DNA from: Acholeplasma sp.
GTDB lineage: Bacteria > Bacillota_I > Bacilli_A > Acholeplasmatales > UBA5453
Direction: 5' to 3'
DNA length: 26,773 bases
Assembly: GCA_036677365.1 (NCBI GenBank)
Contig: JAVBWN010000034.1
Coordinates: forward strand, 1 to 26,773
Shown: piece after piece, positions 1 to 8,434 of the stretch
How positions within the stretch are numbered: position 1 is the stretch's first letter
How the letters are laid out: each line of letters opens with the position of its first letter
The notes under the pieces: generated by a model
Told to the model about the DNA's origin: nothing
Database searches by the model: none
Seen by the model: only the letters and a program-made list of their open reading frames with translations
Made by a program: the position numbers and the translations under genes

Positions 1-109
1 CAACTATATTATAACATTATTTATGGGTTTTGTGAAATAAATATGAAAGAATTTTACGAATCAATTCATCCCGCTACCTGAAGAGGCAGGGGACTTCTTG
101 ATTGTGTTG
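1..109 (-). mobile_element. IS200/IS605-family element left end (LE); element continues beyond the left window edge
   Basis: The minus strand reads TTTAA|CAACACAATCAAGAAGTCCCCTGCCTCTTCAGGTAGCGGGATGAATTG. This has an imperfect subterminal hairpin TCCC-CTGCCT-CTTC-AGGTAG-C-GGGA resembling IS605-type left ends, preceded by an AT-rich pentanucleotide target. A minus-strand TATAAT at 8-13 points out of the window towards the presumed transposase/tnpB. Confidence 0.72.
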
Positions 110-406
110 TTAAAACCTGTCATCTCCATCGATGATGAAGGCAATGGCATCATCTTTGACAAAGCATTTAGTCAAAAGATGAGTGACAAAAAGATCTTTA
201 GGCACATCACTGAAATGGTTCAACAACACGGAATTAAGTCCTATGCTTTGGTCCATGTCAATGCACAGTCACGCTGTGATTATTATGCATCCGTATTAAA
301 GGAAATTACCGGCATTGAGCCATTATACGTTTCTGATATATCCACGATCATCGCGATGAATTCTGGTATTGGTACTGTAGCGGTTGCTTATATAAGAAAG
401 GACTAG
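110..406 (+). pseudogene. DegV/FakB-family fatty-acid-binding protein, C-terminal fragment (5' part separated by IS insertion)
   Basis: LKPVISIDDEG...YALVHVNA...ISTIIAMNSGIGTVAVAY matches the DegV C-terminal pattern (KP.I / H / HxGxG-like). Only ~99 codons remain, and the upstream frame runs through the IS end to TGA at 44-46. Confidence 0.72.
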
Positions 407-409
407 CCT

Positions 410-1198
410 ATGTTATTCTTACACGTATTTCTCGCTTTATTTGTATTCTTTGTGATATTCTTCATCATTGCACAAATCAAAAACAACAATGGCCTAGCCG
501 ATGTTGCTTGGGGTTTGGGGTTTGTTGTGGTTGCTGTCACGGCTTTGATCAGCGGTGGTAGTTATACTATCCCACAACTTGCGGTTACGGGTCTTGTATT
601 GCTTTGGGGGTTTAGATTATTCTTCTACTTAGGCATCCGTAATTGGAATAAGCCTGAGGATTTCCGTTATGTCGATATGAAGCGAAAATGGAAAACCAAT
701 CTAAAACTTAAAGCCTTCTTCTTCGTCTTTATGTTACAAATGAGTTTCTTGTTTGTGATTGCGTTGCCAATCATGGTTGTTAATCTAGATGCTACTTATG
801 CAACATCCACACTCGGTTTAATTGTATTGATCGTTGGTATTGTCCTTTGGGTCATTGGGTTCTATTTTGAAGCCTTGGGTGACCATCAATTGAAAGTATT
901 CAAGTCCAACCCTGCCAACAAAGGCAAAATTCTAATGACGGGGGTTTGGAAGTATACGAGACATCCAAATTACTTTGGTGAAGCCTTGATGTGGTGGGCG
1001 GTTTGGGTCGTCGCCTTATCCGGTGGAAATCCCTGGGTATGGGCTGCCATCATCGGTCCAGCATTCATCAACTACTTACTCGTTTTTGTGTCTGGTGTCC
1101 CATTACTAGAAAAAAAATATAAGAACAACGAAGCGTATCAAGCCTACGCAAAGGTAACCTCAATATTTATTCCACTACCAAAGAAAAAAGCACGATGA
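410..1198 (+). CDS. DUF1295 family / steroid 5-alpha-reductase-like membrane protein
   Basis: Motifs [35 protein letters not shown] and SGVPLLE; multiple TM segments; RBS AAAGGA. Confidence 0.88.
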   Translation: MLFLHVFLALFVFFVIFFIIAQIKNNNGLADVAWGLGFVVVAVTALISGGSYTIPQLAVTGLVLLWGFRLFFYLGIRNWNKPEDFRYVDMKRKWKTNLKLKAFFFVFMLQMSFLFVIALPIMVVNLDATYATSTLGLIVLIVGIVLWVIGFYFEALGDHQLKVFKSNPANKGKILMTGVWKYTRHPNYFGEALMWWAVWVVALSGGNPWVWAAIIGPAFINYLLVFVSGVPLLEKKYKNNEAYQAYAKVTSIFIPLPKKKAR

Positions 1199-1208
1199 TG
1201 TCGTGCTT
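1181..1208 (-). terminator. Intrinsic terminator for the convergent EamA gene (may act bidirectionally)
   Basis: Inverted repeat AAGCACGA-TGATG-TCGTGCTT (1188-1208), followed on the minus strand by a T-rich tail. Confidence 0.65.
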
Positions 1209-1229
1209 CACTGGACTAAGCGATTTTGC

Positions 1230-2117
1230 TTAGTCTTTTTTATTTTCTAGAATCGCTAAATAGGTACCCAAAGCCATGCATATGAAGGCAATGACAAATA
1301 CCAAAGATAGAGATTCTCTTAACAAAACAAATGAGAACAGTGCCCCTGCAAATGGCGCGGTTGCGTAATACGCGCTCGTTCTAAGCGCACCCAAATGTCT
1401 TTGTGCACTGATGTAAAAATATAAACTTAGACCGTATGAGATAAAACCTAATAATAAGGCTAAACCCATGTATACCCATGACCCGCCAAAATCATTAAAT
1501 GATAGTGCGATGATCGCTGCTCCAATACCAGACCCTACCCCTTTGATAATCACGATGTACAACGGGTCGTGGTGGGACAACATACGTGTACAGTTATTTT
1601 CCAATCCCCAGGATAAACTGGCTAATAAAACCAAGATGGCACCTAAGGAGATTTGAAATGTAGTAAAATCTTCCAAGGATAACAAAAAACCGGATACTAA
1701 AATCACCGATATGGCAAGCCACATCTTTTTGCTGATATGTTCTTTGAAGAAAACCATCGCAATCAAGCCCGTAAATATGATTTCAAAATTATTGAGTAAA
1801 GCGGCCGTGGATGCGTTCGTTTTGAGTAAACCAAACATCAACAATATGGGAGCAATGATATCCAATATCACCATCATAACGATATAAGGGATATCTTTAG
1901 ATTTAAAACCACCGATGATTTCAGATGGTTTTGTTCTTCTTAAAAAAACAATCATGGCCATCCCAATACCAGCACCAAAATATAATAGGGATGACATCGT
2001 ATAGGGTGACAACTGATTTAATAATAGTTTGGATAATGGCGCACTTAAACCATAAAACAGTGCTGCAATAATCGCGTAAATGATTGAAACAAAAATGGGG
2101 TTTCGATTTTTAATCAT
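1230..2117 (-). CDS. DMT/EamA family transporter
   Basis: About 10 TM helices with two EamA repeats; motifs ASTAALLNNFE, WGLENNCTR and LGALRTSAYYATAPF; RBS GAGGT. Confidence 0.88.
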   Translation of the reverse strand: MIKNRNPIFVSIIYAIIAALFYGLSAPLSKLLLNQLSPYTMSSLLYFGAGIGMAMIVFLRRTKPSEIIGGFKSKDIPYIVMMVILDIIAPILLMFGLLKTNASTAALLNNFEIIFTGLIAMVFFKEHISKKMWLAISVILVSGFLLSLEDFTTFQISLGAILVLLASLSWGLENNCTRMLSHHDPLYIVIIKGVGSGIGAAIIALSFNDFGGSWVYMGLALLLGFISYGLSLYFYISAQRHLGALRTSAYYATAPFAGALFSFVLLRESLSLVFVIAFICMALGTYLAILENKKD

Positions 2118-2168
2118 GGTGACCTCTGCAAAATAATCCGATATTTATCTGTGTAACTGATTTGAATG

Positions 2169-3398
2169 TCACTTAAAATGAATGGTAACTTTTGATCCCT
2201 GATTGATTTCACTGACAATATCAATTGTAGCATGAATTCGGTTGATAATTTCCATAATGATACGATAACCAATGCCTGTACCTTGTTGGTGATACATGGA
2301 TGCTACCTCGGATCGATAATTGCCTTTCAATATGTCATGGACAGTTTCTTGACTCATACCAATGCCTTGATCTTGAATAATCAATGTGCGATTTTGATTT
2401 GATGTTGATACATGAATTCTTGTATTAGGATTTGAATAGTAAAACGCATTAAAGGTCAAATGTTCCATTAATCGGGATAAATCTTGATTAGAGATATTCA
2501 CTTGAAGCGGTTCCAAGGTTACATCAAACTCGATTTGCTTTATTTGAAAGATTTCTTTGTATTTTTGATGGTAATTAAAAATAAAACTGGCAATATTTTG
2601 TTGATAACTGAGTTCGTTTGCATCCGTTTCGATGAACTTAGGGACGATTTCAGCAATTTTCTTTGTTTCATCTTGAATGTCTGAAATGATGTTTTCTGTG
2701 ACTACCATTTGATGGTTCAGGATGGACTCAGTATATATATCAATCACCGTTAATGGGGTTTTTATATCGTGTGCTAACGATTGTATGTGCGCCTCATACA
2801 CGTGCTTTTGTTTTTGTTTTTCTTCTTGTTCAAGTGCAATCTTTTCATGCACATGATCAAACTCAGTGAAATAAAAATGAGCTTCATTTATGTTCAATTG
2901 TTCGATATCTTTCTTAATCAAAACGACCCATTTGTTTAGGTATTGCCTCAATGAAATCAAAACACCTAGAAACAATACGAACAAAACAACATTAATGATC
3001 ACAAAGCCATATCCGTAATCCGATGATAACTGAGACGATTCAAAATCAACACCCATTTTAGCTACAGGTTGGCCTTCATAACGAACGATTTGATAATTTC
3101 CTATGATATGAAAGTCATCATTCGTATAAATCAGCTCGTCATTTAAACCCAAAACCGTGATGGTTACTTGGTGAATGTGGGTGTAATGTTCTAAATAACC
3201 AATCAGCGCTTGATGACTATCCGTGGATAAGTGGCTGACCATGGTTGTTAATGCTTCATATTGTCGCTTAGATTCCTGCTGGTACTGTAAGTTGATAATC
3301 AGTATATAGGCTGTATTAAAAATGAGGATAAAAACAATGAACAATGACAAGACCATGATGAATATTTTGTGATTCAGCATTTGTTTTAAACTAATCAT
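2169..3398 (-). CDS. Membrane sensor histidine kinase (HisKA + HATPase)
   Basis: Two TM segments, H-box SLAHDIKTPLT, N-box HLTFNAFYYS, G1 IQDQGIGM and G2 GTGIG. The start is placed at ATG 3398, which overlaps the regulator stop; the ORF track starts at TTG 3413. Confidence 0.88.
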   Translation of the reverse strand: MISLKQMLNHKIFIMVLSLFIVFILIFNTAYILIINLQYQQESKRQYEALTTMVSHLSTDSHQALIGYLEHYTHIHQVTITVLGLNDELIYTNDDFHIIGNYQIVRYEGQPVAKMGVDFESSQLSSDYGYGFVIINVVLFVLFLGVLISLRQYLNKWVVLIKKDIEQLNINEAHFYFTEFDHVHEKIALEQEEKQKQKHVYEAHIQSLAHDIKTPLTVIDIYTESILNHQMVVTENIISDIQDETKKIAEIVPKFIETDANELSYQQNIASFIFNYHQKYKEIFQIKQIEFDVTLEPLQVNISNQDLSRLMEHLTFNAFYYSNPNTRIHVSTSNQNRTLIIQDQGIGMSQETVHDILKGNYRSEVASMYHQQGTGIGYRIIMEIINRIHATIDIVSEINQGSKVTIHFK

Positions 3399-4074
3399 CT
3401 TTTTGTCCCACAAATTGATAGCCTACGCCGTAATGCGTCTTGATGTAAGAAGGTACTAGGGTAGTCATATCAATTTTCCTTCGTATGTTTTTTATGAAAC
3501 TGTCGATGACACGATCATAAGCTTCACTGTGTTCAAAACAATATTCGATGATCATTTCACGAGTAAATATTTGGCTAGAGTGACTGGCTAGGTGAAATAA
3601 AATATCAAACTCATACTTGGTTAATGATACCGATTGTTGGTTCACAAGTACTTCTTTACTCAAAGGAAACAACACCAGTTGACCCCCATTAAATGAGTAT
3701 CGTGTTGGTGTTTTCACTTGTAGTCGTTTTTCGACATTTTTAAGTTTCGCTACCACTTCAGCCACTGAAAAAGGTTTGGTAATATAATCATCTGCACCTA
3801 ACGTGATGACATCGATTCGGTTCGCAACATCGACTTTTGCAGAAATAACCATGATGTATATATCGCTGATTTTTCGGATGTCTTGAATGACACGTTCACC
3901 AGGTAAGTCCGGCAGCATCAAATCCAAAACGACGACATCAATCGCTGTATTCGACAGAATATCTAGTGCTTCTTTTGCATCAAATGCTTGATAAATTGTA
4001 TACCCTGACTGTTTTAATATGCTGGCGAGCAAATCGTTAATTTTTTTATAATCATCGACAATCAATATACGCAT
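3391..4074 (-). CDS. OmpR/PhoB-family response regulator
   Basis: RILIVDD, VVLDLMLP, GADDYITKPF and winged-helix IKNIRRKI...IKTHYGVGY. The start is moved to ATG 4074 because the RBS AAAGGGGGTG lies just upstream. Confidence 0.92.
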   Translation of the reverse strand: MRILIVDDYKKINDLLASILKQSGYTIYQAFDAKEALDILSNTAIDVVVLDLMLPDLPGERVIQDIRKISDIYIMVISAKVDVANRIDVITLGADDYITKPFSVAEVVAKLKNVEKRLQVKTPTRYSFNGGQLVLFPLSKEVLVNQQSVSLTKYEFDILFHLASHSSQIFTREMIIEYCFEHSEAYDRVIDSFIKNIRRKIDMTTLVPSYIKTHYGVGYQFVGQKDD

Positions 4075-4106
4075 ACGAACACCCCCTTTTATACGATTTA
4101 TTATAC

Positions 4107-4139
4107 AACAAAAAGAGACCACAGCTGGCTATGGTCCCT
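4107..4139 (-). terminator. Intrinsic terminator after the 178-aa gene, directly upstream of a TATAAT (4100-4105) for the two-component genes
   Basis: Minus strand AGGGACCATAGC-CA-GCTGTGGTCTCT-TTTTG forms a long stem with G-U pairs plus a U tract. Confidence 0.65.
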
Positions 4140-4147
4140 TATTTCAA

Positions 4148-4684
4148 TTATGCATTACCTAAGTGATCAATTATTTGGGTCTTTATTTGTCTAAATTGAG
4201 TTACCGAGTCATCGACTGACATGGTATTGAAATCTAGTAATTGCATTTCTGTTACCAATAATGTCATCATTTCTTCTTGTGTGGTCTTATTACTATGGAC
4301 ATATACCCACTCAAACGTCACGTTACGATAAGATACATTATGACAATTAGGATTCGAATTGTTCCCCATCATGGGCCCATAATTACCAATGTTTAAATGA
4401 TAGTTATCAGCGATATCTTGTTTCAAATCATTGATAAGAGCTATAGCATCGTCGATTGCTAGTGTGTTAAACCCATCGGTGTCCTTGATCGCTGTAACTA
4501 ATAAATAATCCAATTCTCTTTGTTGTTCCGTGCTTGATTTCATATATAGAAACTCATAGGTAAGGCTTGGATTGTAGAACCCAAATCGTCCTCCGAATGT
4601 CGCTGATCTGGCACTGATCCTAACAGCAATTGCACCTAAAGCAATGGCTGTAACCACCATTATAGCAATTATTACTTTTTTCAT
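4148..4684 (-). CDS. Secreted/membrane-anchored hypothetical protein with an internal duplicated ~55-aa domain
   Basis: N-terminal MKK plus hydrophobic stretch; two similar segments (TYEFLYMKS..LLVT..FNTLAIDDAI..K..I and TFEWVYVHS..LLVT..FNTMSVDDSV..K..I); RBS AAAGGAG. Confidence 0.7.
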   Translation of the reverse strand: MKKVIIAIMVVTAIALGAIAVRISARSATFGGRFGFYNPSLTYEFLYMKSSTEQQRELDYLLVTAIKDTDGFNTLAIDDAIALINDLKQDIADNYHLNIGNYGPMMGNNSNPNCHNVSYRNVTFEWVYVHSNKTTQEEMMTLLVTEMQLLDFNTMSVDDSVTQFRQIKTQIIDHLGNA

Positions 4685-4686
4685 GT

Positions 4687-5001
4687 TTACTCTCCTTTGA
4701 TTTTTTTATAAAGCATTTCGTACTCTTCGATGCTGATCTCACCTTTAGCTAATCTAGACTTGAGGAGTTCAACGGCGGTTTTGTTATCGCTATTTTGTCC
4801 TTTAAAGCTTCTAACTATAACATAGATGATCAGAAGCCAAAAAGTGCCCATTCCAATCATCCCTAATGGCATCATCCAATTTCCAAACATGTGTCCATAC
4901 ACGGGATAATCATCCGTACTATAACGAATATATAAAATCCACCCCAGAAGGGTCATAATTAAAACAAACAGACCAAATATCCAAACACTCTTCTTATCCA
5001 T
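4687..5001 (-). CDS. Small two-TM membrane protein with C-terminal SHOCT domain
   Basis: AVELLKSRLAKGEISIEEYE is the SHOCT pattern; external loop GHMFGNWMMPLGM is Met/His-rich. The start at ATG 5001 follows the RBS GAGGTG. Confidence 0.82.
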   Translation of the reverse strand: MDKKSVWIFGLFVLIMTLLGWILYIRYSTDDYPVYGHMFGNWMMPLGMIGMGTFWLLIIYVIVRSFKGQNSDNKTAVELLKSRLAKGEISIEEYEMLYKKIKGE

Positions 5002-5019
5002 TTTTTTCACCTCACTCAT

Positions 5020-5051
5020 ACTTTAACACATAATTATGGATGAAACATGAA
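5020..5051 (-). promoter_or_regulatory. Candidate OmpR-type tandem repeat box upstream of a -10-like TAAAGT (5020-5025)
   Basis: Minus strand TTCATG-TTTCA-TCCATA (11-bp period) lies where a -35 would be expected. Confidence 0.35.
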
Positions 5052-5062
5052 TGGCCAAAATA

Positions 5063-5091
5063 TTGTCTATGTTTCCTCGCTATGTTAATAT
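5063..5091 (+). promoter_or_regulatory. Sigma70-type promoter for the HMA/CueP genes
   Basis: TTGTCT-N17-TAATAT with extended -10 TG (TGtTAATAT). Confidence 0.45.
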
Positions 5092-5128
5092 GATTACGAA
5101 ATACTTCAAGTAAAGATGGTGAAAGCGC

Positions 5129-5356
5129 ATGGAAATTATAGTGAAAATCGAGGGTATTCATTGTGGTGGATGTATAAACCGTATTGATATAAAACTTTCT
5201 GAGTTGGGGGTTGATCGATTTGATCTAGACTTATCTACACGTACTGCCCATATCAGTTTTGATACTGAGAACGTTTCTACCACCGATATTCTCGGCGAAT
5301 TACGTCATTTGGGTTATCGACCGTTTCTTCAACCATCTCTTGAGTCACATAAATGA
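5129..5356 (+). CDS. Heavy-metal-associated (HMA) domain protein, CopZ-like chaperone
   Basis: 75 aa; IEGIHCGGC metal-binding motif and C-terminal LGY, typical of the HMA fold. Confidence 0.85.
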   Translation: MEIIVKIEGIHCGGCINRIDIKLSELGVDRFDLDLSTRTAHISFDTENVSTTDILGELRHLGYRPFLQPSLESHK

Positions 5357-5406
5357 AAGGAATACAACACTAAATTAGATAGACTACTGTGTTGGTGTGG
5401 TATAAA

Positions 5407-5964
5407 ATGAAGCGTTTTATTGTATTGATGGGAGTTATCCTTGGTTTTATTATGATCGGTGTATTGGTATGGCAATCCGATAATTCAAAACAAAATACAT
5501 TTTTAAAGAGTCACAATTTAGAAGGGTTATCTATTCAAGAAATCGTGGATTATCTAGAACGAAAAACAGATGAGCCTGCTGGTTTCAAAGCAAGCATCAC
5601 GGGAACTAAGCTTATATTGGGTGACGAATTTTCTTCTTTTGATTTAGCGGTTCCAAAAGGGCTATTTTACTTATCGTTCGCGCCATACGTAGATCAAACC
5701 CACCCATGTGGAAATCACAATCTAGTCACCTGCACAGGCGAACTTAAAAGTACAGTTTTTCAAGTTACCATTACAGATTTAAACACCGGTACAAATATTT
5801 ATGATGGTTCTTTAAGATCCTCAGCCAAAGGTTTCGTCGGTATTTGGCTGCCACGTGGTAAGACACTTAGGATTACAGTCCGTTATGGGGATTTATCCGC
5901 GACTTCTATAGTAACCACGAATTACGACAGTGATACCTGTTTGACCACCTTAAGATTGAACTAA
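5407..5964 (+). CDS. CueP-family extracytoplasmic copper-binding protein
   Basis: N-terminal anchor helix; FYLSFAPYVDQTHPCGNHNLVTCTGEL, GFVGIWLPR and TCLTTLRL match CueP-family His/Cys motifs. The start is placed at ATG 5407 (ORF track 5389). Confidence 0.8.
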   Translation: MKRFIVLMGVILGFIMIGVLVWQSDNSKQNTFLKSHNLEGLSIQEIVDYLERKTDEPAGFKASITGTKLILGDEFSSFDLAVPKGLFYLSFAPYVDQTHPCGNHNLVTCTGELKSTVFQVTITDLNTGTNIYDGSLRSSAKGFVGIWLPRGKTLRITVRYGDLSATSIVTTNYDSDTCLTTLRLN

Positions 5965-5995
5965 TAAACCATCCTATATACAAACATATAAATAG

Positions 5996-6044
5996 TAAAA
6001 CCTCCTAATAAAGCCATATAACAGCGGCTGATTAGGAGGTTTTA
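5996..6044. terminator. Bidirectional intrinsic terminator between convergent units
   Basis: Perfect 14-bp inverted repeat TAAAACCTCCTAAT...ATTAGGAGGTTTTA with an inner AGCC/GGCT pair. Confidence 0.8.
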
Positions 6045-6047
6045 ATT

Positions 6048-6875
6048 TCATTTTAGACCCAATCTTTCGATGTCTTTTTCGACACCGATGGTAGCTTTTT
6101 TACGGCCCAATGTTTTCTTTTTATACGTGAATATAAAGGCTGTTAACGCCCCAATTACGAGTAGATAAATCGCCAAAGCCAAAATAACCCAACGGGTTGA
6201 GTCAATCTCAACTCGCGTTGAAATCGATACATTACCAAATGGTTCTTCCGGCAATTCCCCGTTTGTTTCATAAAAATCGATCACTTGATTCATCACGCCA
6301 AATCGTTCATTTGTAAAGTTGACTGGGATGGTGATGTAAGGGTCTTGCATCCCTTCTAAATACATCTCAATATTGGTTATCGGCATAATATTATCACCAG
6401 TTTTAAATTGAGAACGGTCGATAAATTGAACAGCTGTGTCAGGATTCATGGTAGAAAATATCGGGAAATCTAACAATTGAAATCCAAGGTATTCTTGTTG
6501 TTGATTGTTAGATGCTACGACATTGATGGAATAGTATTCACCCCATGAAGGACCTTCTATCTTTTCCATCAAAAAGAATATGCCATCCCTAAAGACGAAT
6601 TCATTCGATGTCACAGAACGGGATACCAATACCACTTCATAGACCATGATGTGTAATGTGTGATCTTCTGCTTCAATGATTTCATCCAGTAATCTGACAT
6701 TGTTGTAATATTTAAATGGTACAAAGAAATCTAAATCTTCATTTTCAAGCGCAATGGTAGCCGCTTTACGGATACCCTCTTTTCTAACTGCAGAATCGGT
6801 GAAATTGTATGTCATAAGCAGCCCTAAAGCAGCAATCATCGCAAACAAAATTCGATTGATGTATTTAATTAGCAT
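6048..6875 (-). CDS. Hypothetical membrane protein (N- and C-terminal TM helices, ~200-aa external domain)
   Basis: Hydrophobic segments near residues 9-25 and ~230-251 and a basic cytoplasmic tail; begins 3 nt after the nuclease stop codon. Confidence 0.7.
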   Translation of the reverse strand: MLIKYINRILFAMIAALGLLMTYNFTDSAVRKEGIRKAATIALENEDLDFFVPFKYYNNVRLLDEIIEAEDHTLHIMVYEVVLVSRSVTSNEFVFRDGIFFLMEKIEGPSWGEYYSINVVASNNQQQEYLGFQLLDFPIFSTMNPDTAVQFIDRSQFKTGDNIMPITNIEMYLEGMQDPYITIPVNFTNERFGVMNQVIDFYETNGELPEEPFGNVSISTRVEIDSTRWVILALAIYLLVIGALTAFIFTYKKKTLGRKKATIGVEKDIERLGLK

Positions 6876-6878
6876 GTC

Positions 6879-8309
6879 TTACCCCCATACGCCTAAGCGG
6901 TTTTGTTTCGCATACGCTTCTGCATTCGCCATCCATACGGCGAGTGGGATGCCATTAAAAATAAGGGATTGCGTATCGTCTGAATAATTGTTTTGGCTGT
7001 AACCATATAAAACGAGTTCGTAATTGAGAAGTTTACCATCGTACCACACCAAACCAAGTTGGCGTTCATAAGAGTCTATTCTACCTGATCTTGGGTCGTG
7101 TTGGATATAGATAACTGAAGCAAATCTGAGTTTGTTATACACATAACTCTTCGCTTGGGTTGCAACCAAACCAGAACCCATTTCAGGAGTATCAATACCA
7201 ATAAAACGGAGGCGTTGTTCCCCTAAGAATCCTGGGATAAAATAGGCTGTATCACCATCGTAATTGCTTTCAAAAGAGACTTGAACCATACCGCCAGGGG
7301 TATTAAATGGGATTTCTGCATAGCTTAAATCCCAAGTAAATGTGGTTGGGTATGCAACAGGGTGAGTACCGAGTGGTTCGATATAGTCTTTCGCATACGT
7401 ATCCCAGTCATTTCTTATGAATGTGGTATTCGGTTGTGTTACTTTTGTGTTTCTGATTAAGGTGATGTTATTAAAGATATCCAGAGCCCAACCCACAATA
7501 CCCAAAGTATCGATGATTTCATTGTTATAAAACATGAGGGTAACGATATCATTACCGTTAAAAACCAGTTTATCGGTGATTAAATTGGCTTTAGCAAGGA
7601 TTTCAGCGTTTGAACCAGTATGACTAATGACGAAGGTGCTCGAAGGGTTTAAAACGCCTTCTAATGTGATGATTTCATTCACTGTTTCTGAACCATCTAA
7701 AAATAATCCAATTCGATACTTAGAAAGATCCACAGGTTCATTAGAAATGTTATAGAGTTCAATTGCTCTGTTGGTGGTTGCACCTTCGATGTATTTGGAA
7801 ATGATTAAATCCCTTTCCACCACAACAAAGTTTTTCGCAACAAATATCACCACTGTTGTATTATCCGGTAGAATTTGTCCTACAAATCTTGGCTCTAAAT
7901 ATTTAACGAATTGACCCTCAGGGACACTGTTGGTTTCGTATTCACGATACTCGATATAAAGTTTCATGTTGGTGAAGTATCCAGCGATATCATCTTTATG
8001 CACACCAGCAAGATTTGGTAAAACATTGGCGTGAATAGCGAATGTGATGATCACACTGGTGCCTTTTTCCACTTCATCACCAATTTCAAAGTCGCCTTTA
8101 TATTCGATGAAGCGATTTCTGGTTTTGGTATTGTCGATGACATCTTCAAATGTGTACTCAATATCCAGTGGTTCTAATAGATCAATGACCTGTTCTTTAT
8201 TGAGTCCTGTGAGATCTGGTAGAATCACTTTTGTAGATTCGGTTGGGGTACATCCAATGATGATTAAAGATAAGAAAAGGATGGATAGGATTGATATGAT
8301 TTTCTTCAT
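6879..8309 (-). CDS. Lipoprotein nuclease: 2x PASTA-like + lamin-tail domain (LTD) + thermonuclease (SNase)
   Basis: Lipobox IIGC; LPDLTG and LPNLAG repeats; LTD LIISKYIEG..NRAIELYN..VDLSKY..FNGND; SNase YDGDTA, RFIGIDTPE, DSYERQLG, LLNYELV and AKQNRLGVW. Confidence 0.85.
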   Translation of the reverse strand: MKKIISILSILFLSLIIIGCTPTESTKVILPDLTGLNKEQVIDLLEPLDIEYTFEDVIDNTKTRNRFIEYKGDFEIGDEVEKGTSVIITFAIHANVLPNLAGVHKDDIAGYFTNMKLYIEYREYETNSVPEGQFVKYLEPRFVGQILPDNTTVVIFVAKNFVVVERDLIISKYIEGATTNRAIELYNISNEPVDLSKYRIGLFLDGSETVNEIITLEGVLNPSSTFVISHTGSNAEILAKANLITDKLVFNGNDIVTLMFYNNEIIDTLGIVGWALDIFNNITLIRNTKVTQPNTTFIRNDWDTYAKDYIEPLGTHPVAYPTTFTWDLSYAEIPFNTPGGMVQVSFESNYDGDTAYFIPGFLGEQRLRFIGIDTPEMGSGLVATQAKSYVYNKLRFASVIYIQHDPRSGRIDSYERQLGLVWYDGKLLNYELVLYGYSQNNYSDDTQSLIFNGIPLAVWMANAEAYAKQNRLGVWG

Positions 8310-8338
8310 AGAGATTTCTCCTCTTTTTTAGCATAATC

Positions 8339-8366
8339 ATTATATCATAGAATGGATTTTTATCTA
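8339..8366 (-). promoter_or_regulatory. Internal promoter for the LTD-SNase gene pair
   Basis: Perfect extended -10 TGaTATAAT (8347-8339) and TAGATA 16 nt upstream; RBS GAGGAG before ATG 8309. Confidence 0.6.
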
Positions 8367-8385
8367 CTTGTGTGTGAATAATACG

Positions 8386-8418
8386 AAAAAAGGACGAGCC
8401 GTGAGGTTCGTCCTTCTT
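8386..8418 (-). terminator. Intrinsic terminator after the 1200-aa gene
   Basis: Minus strand AAGGACGAACC-TCAC-GGCTCGTCCTT-TTTT. Confidence 0.8.
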
Positions 8419-8434
8419 GTATAGATTGATAAGA

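Noticed and set aside
98..109. TTG start and MIVL N-terminus of the 102-aa ORF
   Set aside because: These bases belong to the inferred IS left end, so the ORF is better read as a DegV fragment.
4075..4122. N-terminal extension MVSFCCIINRIKGGVR of the response regulator
   Set aside because: It overlaps a terminator hairpin, TATAAT and the RBS of the ATG at 4074.
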